Positions 35,501 to 48,400 of a DNA stretch of 64,000 nt are shown piece after piece. Source of the stretch: Paraphysomonas bandaiensis. Taxonomy: Eukaryota > Protista > Chrysophyceae. How positions within the stretch are numbered: position 1 is the first letter of the stretch; each line of letters begins with the position of its first letter. The notes under the pieces were generated by a model. The model saw only the letters and a program-made list of their open reading frames with translations. It made no database searches and was not told where the DNA came from. Position numbers and translations under genes: made by a program. The DNA lies in the NCBI GenBank assembly GCA_965644295.1, contig CBFFRP010000236.1, forward strand, positions 1 through 64,000, written 5' to 3'.

Positions 35501-37507
35501 TCAAAACCTCGTTCTTGTGACGACAAGAGAGGTGGATCGTCATCTACGCCGGCTTCGGGTGACACGCCCAATAAGTCTACGGCGGATGAGATTCCAGGGA
35601 AGAGAATGTCCCTTCGTACTTTGCCGGAGAGTAGTGCGGGTGCTGTACCGAGTGGGGTCAGCGCGAATCGTGTCTTTGAGAATGTACCTTCTTGTGTGCC
35701 CAGTGAGAATAGTGATACTGTACATGCTGAGTCAAGGGAGACCAGTGGTAAACGTACGCGAACCCGAAGGGTGTTGACTAATGTGTCCACCCTGGGTGAG
35801 GTAAACCTTCTCCATGACGAGGAGATTGTTAACTTGTGTGATGAGAGTGATTGCGCACTTATGTCTAACTCGTCTACTTATAGAGAGCCTGAGACGTATG
35901 AAGAGTCATTGACTTGTCCTGAAGCTTCAAATTGGAAGGAAGCTAGACGATTAGAACGGAATGCATTATTCAAGCGGGAAGTGTTTAATGTCGTTGAGAC
36001 GCCACCTGGTGTTAGACCTCTAAAGTCCAGATATGTGTTCAAACGAAAATACAATAAAGATGGATCAATAAAAAAGCATAACGCTCGTCTGGTCGCTCTG
36101 GGATATGGTCAAAGGACAGGTATAGACGTCGAAAATACATTTGCTCCTGTGGTGAAATCGATTACGGTTAGACTAATCATTTCCCTTGCTTTCATGTTTA
36201 GTATGCACATCCATCAACTTGACGTGTCGAATGCATTCTGTTATGCTAAAATCGAAGGAGACGTGTACATGGACCCTCCTCCCGATTTTCAGTTGCCACC
36301 AGGACACTGTTTCAAACTATATCGCTCAATATATGGCCTTCGGAGTTCTCCACGTTCATGGTGGAAGACCATACATGGATTTATAAAGTCTTTGGGATTC
36401 AAACCCTGCATTTTAGAACCATGTCTATATTATATGATGTACAAAGGTCATCGTGTGTACTTAACCATATACGTTGATGATATAGTAATCGCTTATGCGG
36501 ATTTTGACAGAAATCAAGAAACGGTTTTGTGAAAGATTTGACATGTCAGACATGGGAGAATTAGAGCATTTTCTCAACGTTCGAGTTACAAGGACCAAGA
36601 ATTATATTCAACTTGACCAATCGACATACGCTGAAAAAATTCTCACCAAATATGCAGCATTCCTTGGACCTTCAAACAAAGTTCGCAAATCTCCACTACC
36701 TGTAGATGCCATGGACAGGATTAATTGCACTGATAGTGAGAACTCATCTCAGGAGGAAGAGGGAGTCGACAATTATCCCTATCGTAGCTTACTAGGTGCC
36801 ATGCTATATCTATCAATGAATACGCGTCCAGATATTGCGTATGCTGTTGGCCTATTGTCACGATATGCTTCGAAACCTACAAAGGCTACATGCAAGTTGA
36901 TGACTTATTTGTTACAATACATCAGGGGTACTGTGCGGAAAGGTATTCGGTTCAGTGGTAAGAGAGCTTTGACATGCATATTTTCACAGATGCTGACTGG
37001 GCAGGCGATACTGTGTCACGAAGGTCGACAACTGGATACATTGTGTTTGCAGCAGGTGGACCACTCACCTGGCAATCAATCTTACAAGTTACTGTGTCTA
37101 CGTCTTCAATGCAGAGTGAGTACCAAGCTATGTACGCTGGCATGCAAGAACTGGTGTGGCTTCGGGGGGTGTTGGCCGAATTGGGACTTCGACTGTACGA
37201 ACCCACTCCATTCTTTCTAGATAGCCAGAGTGCTCGTGATCTAACATTAAATCCAGTGTTCCACAAAAGATCAAAACACATTGAAATCAAATACCACTGG
37301 GTGCGTGAACATGTAGATCCAGAAGGACGTTTTAACACTGCGATATTGTATCACGTTGGAACTGATAACCAGACTGCAGACATATTTACGAAATCTTTGT
37401 GTGGCGTTATATATGAGAAGCATAGAAAGAGATGTCTAGGAGAAGATCAGAAGTCATCTGTGGACGTCATCAGAGAGAATTCATACAAACGAAACAGAGG
37501 CTCATAA
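32554..37507 (+). pseudogene. Copia gag-pol polyprotein, fragmented
   Basis: The frame is broken by an inversion (33283-33364), a MITE (33677-33827) and frameshifts near 34343, 36508 and 36965. Confidence 0.92.
33677..33827. mobile_element. 151-bp MITE inserted in copia pol
   Basis: Perfect 10-bp TIR CGTATCGGCA/TGCCGATACG, flanked by AATATGATA/AATATGATT. Removing it and one flank restores ...DSVNMIMYEEPHDD. Confidence 0.85.
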
Positions 37508-38362
37508 ACGTCTTGTCTACGGAGAGGCTAGCTGAAACGTCGGAGCCATACGTCCACCTGTTTGTCCTATATGGTTTCGGTGGTTGCGTATCCGTCAGTT
37601 ATGCCATGTTTTACAGCTTTGAATTGAGAGGGAGTGTTGAGTTTTGCTGTTTGTGAGCAATTAAAAGCTGTAGATTCTAAGATATTTGAAGTATATCCGT
37701 TACACAAAAAGAATACAGTAGTAGCTAGCTGTAGTATGAGAACCAATAATATGATAGCCATTGTAGTGATGAAACTGAAATATACTGACTGTACAAGATA
37801 GTGACGATGTAAGATCGTACTAGAAATGGTTGGTGTAGCAGAGATAAAAAGAGTTGGTAAATGTCAATGAATGAAGTATGGTAACTCTTATAATTATATA
37901 ATATTCCATATAAGTGTTAACGAAGGTCTTATTACTAAAAATGTCTATTTCTAACAAGGTTGTAGTCAATTATAATTACAATAATTGGCTATTAATTGAT
38001 ACAAATCCCTGATAAGGAGATACTTCTCATTTACTCTCCAGTTTTGAAGCTACGTACTAAGAAAATGACAGACGAGGTGATTGGGTTCTGATCATCTACT
38101 ATTTTACAATGCTAACCGTTACTATTAAACAGTCAATGCCAAAAAGTGTATATCATAGACATGTGCATCAAAACTGAAAATAATACTTTTAGACTGCTTT
38201 ATTAAGTGCATAATATGAATAGCCCAACTAACTCGGCACGTCTTAGTAAATGGAAGTGGTACATATTTCTACGCAATCCATTATACCACTCGTTGCAGCG
38301 AATGCATTGACTCCTTAAAAAAAGTCTTTCATCTAGAGAGACTACTTTCAGCAGATCCCAAT

Positions 38363-41300
38363 CTAACGTTCTTCCCAGTTGACATACTTCAGAGCAATGA
38401 GCACAGCAGCAGCAAAGAATGCTGTGAAAATAGGAATAACGGAAAGACAGTAGTCTCTGCTGTAAGAGTCGAATCCCAATTCGTCGATAAAGTAGTCACT
38501 GTTCTCAAGATCCTCATTACCACTGAATTCATTAAGAACCATGGCCTGGAAAGCGAAGCGCATGAAAGACACGTAAGGAGCCCAGCACCTTAACCACAGA
38601 GGGAAGGTTGGGATGTATACAATGAAACCCGCAAACACAACAGTAATGAAAAGACTGACTGGGAAGAAGTTGATAGCTGCCTGTCCAGTAGGGGCTAATG
38701 CAGCGATCGTCTGACAACAGAAGAGCCCAGTCCATGAACTCAACAATAGGGCTAAGAAAAAGGGCCCAAAGTGACCCTCCACAAACCCACACATGTAGTA
38801 TGCAATCGCACTGAAAACGAGCACATTGAGAATTCCCTGTGGTAGCTGTAGATAGAATGATGACACCCAGTAAGGAAATGCTCCATAGGCTTTCGCCCCT
38901 CGCTCTCTGTAAAAGAGAAGCCTGTCTTCGAAGAGGGCAGGAATAGCCTGCTGATGACCGAGAATCATAAACATAATGGCAAAAAACATAACTGCCAGAC
39001 GCTCAGTATAGTCCTCATCGCCCAATTTCCAAAATATGGAACCATAGAATAAAGCGACAAATATGTGACTGTAAAAGATTATGTTAAGCAAAACACAAAT
39101 CCTACTAATATACTTACCGCATAAACGTGGCCACAGTGGTTCTTGGCTGCTTAATGGTCTTGATAAACACTCTCTCCATGAGGACGTACAGCTGATGCTG
39201 AGTTGAAGTCGGATATTCACTCACTTCTTCATCCTGATTTCCTCCAGCGTCCCCAACAGCAGCAATATCCATAGCAATCATGGTATCAATATTCTCCATG
39301 AACACGCGGCAAAGTTCACCCCCAGCGTAGTACGATGCTAGCTCTGCTCCAGTGATGTACTTTCCGTTACCCGCAGCAGTGAAGGACCCACCAACAGAAA
39401 TCACGAAGTCAGCAGGGTTAGTGCCACGGACGTATGGGAACTGATAGGGAGAAGTCGTGAAATAATTCACTACGTCTCTGGCAGGACCAAAATAGATTAC
39501 ACGGCCTTCAGCAAGTAGCAGGAGCTTATCAAAAAGGAAGTAAGTAATCGGGGACGGCTGGTGGATAGTACATATAATTGTTCGGTTCTGGTTAGCGAGG
39601 TTTCTCACAGCTGCCATAACTTCATATGCGATTGAACTGTCCAACCCTGTGGTAGGCTCTAAAGGTGGATGTCAGTTACAGCAGTGCATATCATATCAAT
39701 CAAATCTCACCGTCCAAAAATATCAAATCAGGCAGATTAATAATCTCAACACCAATGGATAAACGCTTCATCTGGCCTCCTGAAATACCACGAATATATT
39801 CATTGCCGACAATTGTACCAGCATGCTCAGTCAGGCCAAGCATGTCCATGATCTTGTTCACGCGAGCGTTGCGCTTTTTCGTGTCGAATTTCTTTTCGTC
39901 CATGCGGAGTCGTGCAGCGTAGGTTAAAGTCTGGCGGACCGTCAACACTCCAATGTGGACATTGTCCTGCATGACATAGGCCGATGAACGCATGATAGCA
40001 GTAGTCACTTCAGCGCCATTAAATAATATATCACCCCCAATTTCACCAGTGGTTTTACGATACGCAAGAACGTCAAGAAGCGTGCTACATTCAGAACAGT
40101 CAGAACAAAACTACAACGAATATAAACTAAATACCTTTTTCCGGCACCAGACGCCCCCATAAGTGCACACATCTCTCCCGGATGAGCGCGACCAGAAACT
40201 CCCTTCAGTAGCTGCGTGCGAATCTTCGGGTTCTGTTTGTTCACAACTGTGTACGTTAAATTGCGGAATACAAGACGACACCCTCGGGACTGCTGAACTT
40301 CGCCAGTATTAGACCTGTACCAGGCGACATCATACGTAGATCGTGTTGGAAATGCCACTGCATATGGGTCGACAGGCTTTTCATCCTCGACGATCAACTT
40401 CTCTTTAAGGCCAGCACCTCCTCCAAGTTTCTTCTTTGGCTTCTTGGTACGCGCCTCAGGAGGAAGATCTTCGAATCTAACTAGCTTTGATGCGGCAGGA
40501 CGAAGTGCAAAGTAGGCAGCGATCATCATACCGAACATGAACATAATGGTAATCCAGATTGCATCTCCTTTATTGAAGTCATCGAAGTAAAACTCCTCAA
40601 GCACCTGATCACCATCGTCATACTGTTCGAACTCGTTTACCATTAGGCCTTCATACACCCACCGAGCATAACTGACATACGGCGCCCAGATCCATCCCGC
40701 AGGAACATCTTCCACTGGGATAGTGTAGCCAGCGAACATAGAAAAGAACAAGAATGTCACAGGGAAGATAGCAAATGCCAGTTGAGCGCTACCCGTCGCA
40801 GCTGCAAGGTAGAGGGCAAAATAATATGAGACGAAATTCGTCAAGAGCAAGAGGAAGTAAAAGTAGAAGAAATACCCGCCGTCTGAAGGGAAACCTGTAG
40901 TCGTGTACACCATCACTATAAATATCGTATGTGTAAGAACCACCATTGGGATATGGGATAAACACGATGCTAGCCAGTACGGAGAGGCGCTGTACCCGAA
41001 GGAAGCCAGGTCGCGACGATAGATAAGATCCTTCGTGCAAAGGGCAGGGATCGCTTGGAGATTGGCCATAAGACAGTACATCATAACGAAAAATAGAAGA
41101 GATGTCATGTTGGTATTATCAGTGGTCGGGAGACCGGTTTCCTCATCATAAAATGGCTCATCAATATCGGCCTGCTTCCAGAAGACAATACCAATAAGCA
41201 CTCCTACTATCAAGTTCTTCGCAACTCCTGCCCTTGTATCTGCCTTGTCTCGAATGAGCGACATCCACCCTCGGTGCATAAGCATCTTAAACTGTGTTAG

Positions 41301-42382
41301 CTTAGTAGTGGCATGTCTACGGGTATAAATTAAAGGTTCAGGTGCCGTCGATAGTCTCTCGGCGGGCTTTTGGCAGTACTCGGACTGCTCGAATAAGTCA
41401 ACCAGTTCCTCCGGCAGACGGGGAAAGTCATGGCCCTCAGGATTGACAAGTCCTCCGCACACGTCAATAATAAACTCGGCGGGGTTCTGATCTGGATCAT
41501 ACTTATATCCCAAAGCAGGGCGTGTAAAGTAAGTGACAGCCTCATCTGCGGCACCAGCGTAGAGGAGTCGACCGTTCGACAAGAGTACTGTTTTGTCGAA
41601 CAATGCAAACACCTCAGGAGAAGGCTGGTGGATGGTGCTCACACATGTTCGATTTTGATTGGCCAAGTTGCGGACAGAAGACATAACCTCCAGAGCGATA
41701 GCACTATCCAGTCCGGAGGTGGGCTCGTCCAAAAATATGAGGTTGGGAAGAGCGACGATTTCCACGGCAATGGAAAGACGTTTCAGTTGCCCACCAGAAA
41801 TTCCTTTGTGCATGGCATCTCCAACAATGCTGTCTTTTACGTGGCTAATCCCCATCATATCCAACAAGAACTTTACGCGTTGCTCTCGCTGATCTATGGT
41901 GGTTCCCTCTTGCATACGAGTCCACGCCGCGTAACGGATGGTTTCTTCCACAGTCAAGGTGGCAATATGGATATCATCCTGCAACACATACGCACTGTCC
42001 CGATTGAAGAACGGAGAACGAGGACGTTGGTTGATGAGAATTTCACCAGACCAAGCACCAATATGCTTCCGATTAGCGATAAGGTCAAGAAGAGTACTGT
42101 GTGTTAAAATAATAAGAAATACTCGCAATGATTGATATATTCCCACCTTTTTCCTGCTCCAGAGGCTCCCATGAGTGCACACATGTCCCCAGGTTCCAAA
42201 TGAAAGCTTACATTCTGTAGGAGCTTGCGTTCTTCCCCATTAACAAACACACTGTAGCATACATCTGCTACATCCAATTGCACTCCTACTGCATCCATTG
42301 CATTCCCACTTGCTTTCCCATTGGACTTCTGGGGTCCATCTGGCGCCCAGGAATACAGCTCAGTGACACCAGGTTCGGTCAT
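38363..42382 (-). CDS. Full-size ABCG (NBD-TMD-NBD-TMD) transporter, multi-exon
   Basis: Two Walker A GASGAGK, two signatures ISGGQ, two FLDEPT, TIHQPS, and two ABC2 membrane domains. Confidence 0.96.
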
Positions 42383-43059
42383 TTTGAGCTATATGCCTTT
42401 AAAGACCTCTCTAAATAATTATGAGGATATGGCTGTTAACTTGCTACTTATACACACTCCTTACCACCAAAGATTACCTAAATTCACGTACTCTGTTGCT
42501 GTGTGTAGACTTCGTCTTCGCCGGTTGGATGTGAAGGAGAGTGATATCTTTAGTAGACATCATGACCGAATGAAAACTGAAAATAGATGATACTTTACAA
42601 CAGTCATTTTAAAAACTGAAAAGTAGAGAAAGTATGAAGTTATAGGAAAATATTAAATATGTGAATTTGATTTCTAGACATGAAAAAAGTGGAAATATGA
42701 ATAAAAAAGCAGGTTTCCCAGTTTGAAAAACCTAAAATTACCTTTCAGTAGTTATCTATGTGGTCATATGGACGATCAGTCCAAGTTCATTAAACTCTTT
42801 CATAGTGATATGAATCCCCCCATAACACTATCAACACAACCGTATATACCATAATGTGAAAATGACAGTTGATTATGTAACAATAAATGTTGTGATCATG
42901 ACATTAATGTTTCAAAGGATGTATACATATGATGTTATAGTGTTTCCTTGATGACATAGTGTCAATCGGGTCATACATATATTGACTCGACATAATGTCA
43001 TTATTAACTCATATCTCTATCAGTGGACATCTCTTGTAATCATTTTCAATTGAAATACA

Positions 43060-45370
43060 ATGGATTCTACATCCAGTGGTAGCCTGAATAGATCCTCATG
43101 TCAGACTAAAGACTCAGTCCACCCAGTTAAATATGTCGCTGATATGAATTCAGAAGAGTTAGAAGATTGGATATTTGGACTTGAATGTCTTGGTTCACGT
43201 TCTGTAACATGTGCTGCGATTGTTGCACGAGAATGCCTGGACGGTCACTGTTTTGTTCGAATGGAAAAGCATGAGCTGGTAGAGCTGGGATTTGATGAAG
43301 ATATCAGTAAGTGGTTAACCTCAATTTGTACATATTCTGGAATGAATATGGCACCCCCTCGGAGAATTGCAAGAGAGAGTTCTACACACAGCAGTAGTAG
43401 TTTCGTATCTGTTCACAGCAGTTTCGATCAAGCTCCTGATGTTGGTTCGGAGGCAACAGCTCAAGTTTTATACGGTCAACTGGTGACTCTCGGATATAAG
43501 TCGTACAGGGTGTCTGATGGACATGTTTGTACACCAGTGGGCACCGCTAATGACAAATTTTTACTTGTTCAGCGCAGTAAAGGCAACGGTCTCCGAAGAT
43601 GTTCTAGCTCATCTGAAATTCAAGATAATTACGTTGTACAATTGCGACCTCAAGACGGCGTTTCACAGGTAAAGCATGGTAAAGCGTTGTACATTTTGTA
43701 AATGCCGCCCAATTTGAATGGTATTTTGTTTTGAAACGCTCTGTTGGTTTCAGGATGTGTGTGAGCAGTACGTTCCGGATACAGGGTCTGATATGTTTCA
43801 ATTCGGGAGATGTGACTCCGGATGTAACGATTGGGTTGCACGGGGTACTGTACCAGAGGGTTATTTATGCGAGGGCGGAGGTCGTCCAGGATCGGTTAGT
43901 CGATACGCTTGCCGGATAGTCTGCGACCGATCCAATCTCACAGTTCGGGTCTATGCAGGTGGTTTCAATGAGAAGAGAATATTGGAGTTGTCAGACCTGG
44001 CACCACAGTGGAGAGATGACGATGGGGCAGATGGGGTTACTACCCATGGCGTGAGAGTGTGGAGTCCTTCGCGGGAGCAGTGGTTTGAAGTCACAGTCAA
44101 AGGGCATATGCTTTATACTCGCACTTCAAAACCCGATGCATCTCACCCAGTCTCTGCCAATGGCGCTATTTCGATCCTCCGCCCTGGTCTTAAAGTTAGA
44201 GGCGTGAGTAATGAACTTGAGGACGGAAGTATATTAGATATAGGTGGTGTTTTTCTTCTTTTTCAAAAGTCTTCTGTAAGCAGCCTCGCAAGATCGCCTG
44301 TGCCAATGCACACTTGTCTACAAGATAACAGTGCTTGTGACTTTTCCCGACAGTTGACAAGCTCCTCTGATCCGGACCTGGAGATTCCTTCAGCTATTGT
44401 TGAATCAATGAATCGCCGGCGTCCTCAATGTCCGGTGCTATTGGAAACTATTACTTTTCCAGAATGCTTGCCTCTCCGCGAAAGAGGTCTCCGCTTATGG
44501 GAGCTTTTGAAAGGCTCACAAGACAATGCGGTGTGTTCACGTAATTTGTTTGAGGTTCCATGTGCGGACTATTTGGTGGTAGAGGAAAACAGAAGGCCCT
44601 ATGTATTTGCTGCATGCGGTCACGTACATGGATTTTCGAGAGAACTTCAGGGGAGGTTAGATACGTTGTTGTATTGTTGTAATCAATGACCTTACATAGC
44701 CAGTTTTAATCCATGCATTTACCTGAATCTTTCCTTTTTTTAACTGCCATTAATATTTGAGCAGGCCGTGCCCATTGTGCCGTACCCCTGGCCCGTATGT
44801 GCCACTTATTTTGCCATCTGAACCTTCTTTGTGCGCAGAAACTCCGACACATGTTTTTAATCCATGCGGACACGCAGCGTCTGAAGAGGTAGGGTATTCC
44901 TTCGGCGTATCTTATCTTGCATCACATGCGTTAGGTGTGCGCCAAATGGGCGGCTATCCCTTTACCCGAAATTGCTCCTTCGTCTCCACTACATACTAAT
45001 GACCCTTCCCGATACAGACCTGGTTGTCCCTTCTGTCTCAGGTACTTAATATTAAATCAAATCACTGACCATTAAGGATTAATATCACATTTAAGTGTTT
45101 CCATAATTTATAAGTGTAGTGACATTTGTGAGCAGGAAGCTTGAGTTGAAAGGAAGTAATGGGGGACCGTATACTCGTATAATTCTTCAATGCGAAGCCA
45201 GTGATGACGAGGAAATGGATTGCATTGTGTCTGAAAGCATGATGAGTGCTGACCATGTGGAGGGGACGTCCACAAAGGAGTTGAGTGAGAGAGCATCGAT
45301 TTTAACGAGGAGAATATGCGTGGACGTAAACATAGATAGCAATCCCATCGCGAATCAAATCCATTTCTAA
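43060..45370 (+). CDS. Pellino-family E3 ubiquitin ligase with an N-terminal SAM-like domain, multi-exon
   Basis: YGQLVTLGY, DMFQFGR, SVSRYACRIVCDRS, DGVTTHGV, NELEDGSILDIGG, RPQCPV, PYVFAACGHVHG, CPLCR, THVFNPCGH, CPFC. N-terminus VADMNSEELEDWI...LDGHCFVRMEKHELVELGF. Confidence 0.9.
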
Positions 45371-46029
45371 CATGGAAGTGCTCTAAAACGCATCTAATCA
45401 GTGTGTATATAGTCTTCTCATGCCCTCATACTAAGTAGATGTACTTGTTGGTGGAGACAAAAGAATCTATTTCCGGTTTATGTTTTTGCGGTGGTATAGA
45501 GCATCGTTTTCTCGTCTTACAATGTCTGTAAATCATGTATATATACAATTTCTGAGTACTGGAGCCGATTTCGCCTGATTTAGTTAGATCATTACATTAC
45601 TAAGTAAGTTTATCGGAATTAGTACTCCTTTTCAGTATGCTTCTTTAATACTACACTGCCGCTCACTCATTTATTAAAACACATGACCTCAGTAATATTT
45701 ATATATCAACTAGAGTATTATGATGAATCATCGCTAAGATATATATATTATAAAGGTAAAATTACAGACACGTACTATAAAATAATAACTACCTAAACTA
45801 TTATAACTGACTCTACAAAGCTGTGACTCTGTACAAGATATTATGTTATTGTAAATATAATTGGTTTTAGCACTAGTTGTGGTAATTACTGCCAACTAAC
45901 TGCATAAATAATTGAATTTAGTATTATTCGATACCTCTCACCAACTAACTGCCAAGTAAAATTGTCATGCAAGCCTGGTAATTGTGTATTGCTATTATTG
46001 CATATGCGGTTTTTTGTCTTTTTTCTTAC

Positions 46030-46162
46030 TACAAGACTGTGCAAGCTCGCTACTACCGAGTTATCTTGTTCCACTTCACTGCGACGTTGATCTTCGCAAG
46101 AGTGCCGTATGCTGTCACCATTTAATCCACTTGTTCATTGAGAAACAGTATTGCAGTCCGTC
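46030..46162 (-). pseudogene. Duplicated fragment of the AlkB last exon (copy of about 46627-46758)
   Basis: Shared GTGCAAGCTCGCTACTA, ACTTCACTGCGA, TTGATCTTCGCAAG and GCTGTCACCATTTAATCCACTTGT; the copy has a stop and a deletion. Confidence 0.8.
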
Positions 46163-46499
46163 TACCGTATAAGACTTAATAGGCATGATTGATATCTCTA
46201 TCGATAATTTCCTTTTATTGATTTAAATCCCTCGCTTCAACGTAGTACATACCCCACAATATGACTAGACTTCACAAACGGCTCGGACATGCAATGTTGT
46301 GGCATGCATGGTTCACAAGCTACTCAATGACAACAGTATATTCTTGCGATTACACCATTCAGTTGCAATTCTACTCGAACTGTATATAGTGATCTACCCG
46401 AACTGTACCAATAAGAATGCAAGAAAATTCCAAAAAACGAGGATAATTATAAAATTTTTCGATTTATGACTCATTACCACTAAAGGTCGCAATTATTTT

Positions 46500-47672
46500 C
46501 TACTTATCACGGGTATAGTTATTCATAAACGAAAAATTAACTATGTCAAAGCCACAGCCATAGTGCTCGTCCCAGTCAAAAGTGGATGTTTTGTTCTCGG
46601 CGCTAAACGCATGTAAAAGTTTGTGAGATTGTGCAAGCTCGCTACTATCCTCCGAATTCTCTTGCTCTACTTCACTGCGATATTGATCTTCGCAAGTGTG
46701 TGACACGCTGTCACCATTTAATCCACTTGTCCCTTGAGAAAAAGTATTGTAGTTCGTACTTACGACCATTTCCAGTGTCTTACACTTTCCGCCTTGGCCA
46801 TATATCCTACCATTCGGTAATATATATGTGCTCACTAACCTGTACGTTAGGCTAATTCTCTGTTCATCGTACGCCAGTTCTTCAGGCGTTTTAAGACTGG
46901 CCATGCGTTTATCCTGGCGTATACTATGAAGAAAATCACGATTAGATTGCCAGCCCAGGACAAAAACCGAGTTGTGGGGTAGCGTGATCTTGTGGTAAAT
47001 ACGGGATGTGCTATCACCAGGAGGTGAGTAGTCTGCTTTTGACTTGAGAATCAGTACACGACTGGCTCCTAAGGATAAATTCACTATCATACTTCCTGTT
47101 GTGCAAATATAAATGCAGTACGCGAAAATTAGTTGTGGTATAAGTACAGTAATAAAGTAAACCTTTATCAATGTCAAGAGTTTTGTCCGCATGTTCTCCT
47201 ATGTTATCTCGCCCATTGCGGTACTTCTGAATGAGAGCGTGATTCAGTCGTTGACCAATAGTATCTGAAACTATATCCCTGCAGGTAGCGGCCAAAGGTG
47301 TCCAATGAACAAGAGATGGTTGCTCATCTGCAGGATGACGATAGAGTGGTTGTGCACCATTTGAATCTATGTCTCCTTGTATAGCTATCAAACGAGGCAC
47401 CTGACTGCCTTTATGATTCATAATATTCCAATCCACTTCATTATCCATAGTTTCAAAAGCTGATGATGCTAATTCACTTGGTAGTACATCCAGATATAAT
47501 GCTGAATCACCTGCAGCATATCAGTGACGAGATCTTCATATATATATACGTATATCTATATACCTGAGCCCAGGCCCAGTATAGGCCGGTCTCTACCATG
47601 CCCATGTGCTATAAAATACTCCGTATCATATATCTTATATACACGATTATCAGTTCTATCATTCTGTGCCAT
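46500..47672 (-). CDS. AlkB-like 2OG-Fe(II) dioxygenase, 3 exons
   Basis: VPRL, PLYRHPAD, NHALIQKYRNGRDNIGEHADKTLD (HxD), NLSLGASR, LPHNS, HSI, RISLTYR. Confidence 0.92.
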
Positions 47673-48400
47673 ATACTTATATATATATGAGTCAAAGATA
47701 TGCTTAAGGAGACATACACACTAATGGCAATCACAGTGTTTGGAGCGAGGAGGTTATTATGGGATGAAAATAGAGAGATTTTGTACAAATTAGATATAAA
47801 ATTTTCTACTTTCTAGAAAAATTACTGATTTCATAAGAAGATTAGGAGAATCTTTTTGCTATTTCTTGTGGTTTTCGATTTTTCCGTGATGTACAGCAGA
47901 ACTCTGCACTTGTACACACACACATGCATCACTGTCGTATCGGTCTCCTTGGTATATTTTTGTTCAAAGATGCCTCTAATATTGAGACAATAATTATCTG
48001 TATTCCAGCCGTAGTTGTTTGTTAATAATATAGACGATATTTGCTTCAATTTATTTCCGAAAAATAAGATGCTGACTGCCGGTACGGTGTGTCTTTGCAG
48101 CGTACTACATGTCTGGATATGTGTATAGGGGAATTATACCGCAATATACTGCTGTATTCATGAGTGTGTGGTTGCCCTGCTCCCTCCACCCTCCACTATA
48201 CCACGGCTACATACTAGTGTATGGGAAGATACACACATAGATATGAGGATATGTGGCCACAGGCTGCTCTGCATATGCATGCAGCTGTTGCATGTATCTT
48301 CATGCATATCTATCTTTTCCATCCGTTGCATATGTCAGATCGCATATAACATAAGCAAGTATCAATAATAGACAAGTAAATCATCTTCATATCTTCTATA

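Larger units (their letters stand above)
32235..37956 (+). mobile_element. Ty1/copia LTR retrotransposon, full length, coding region disrupted
   Basis: LTRs 32235-32554 and 37635-37956 (TG...CA; 2 substitutions and one 2-bp indel). TSD AGGTT; PBS TGGTAGCAGA; PPT GAGAGGGAG. Order Gag-CCHC, PR (YLDSCAS), GAG-pre-IN (LHKRCGH), IN (HSDGGAE, NGVSERRNRTL), RT (ARLVALGY, LDVSNAF, YVDD), RNase H (DADWAG). Confidence 0.98.
32196..38011. mobile_element. Short hAT-type MITE (about 90 bp) split by the copia insertion
   Basis: Left end CAGGACTGCGTAACAATTAATTG (32196); right end ATTAATTGATACAAATCCCTG (38011). The interior GGTTGTAGTCAATT matches the copy at 51489. Flanks GCTAGGAG/ATAAGGAG may be a decayed 8-bp TSD. 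Confidence 0.65.

Noticed and set aside
41430-42107. Long antisense ORFs over ABCG, importin and other genes
   Set aside because: Shadow frames of well-supported genes on the opposite strand.
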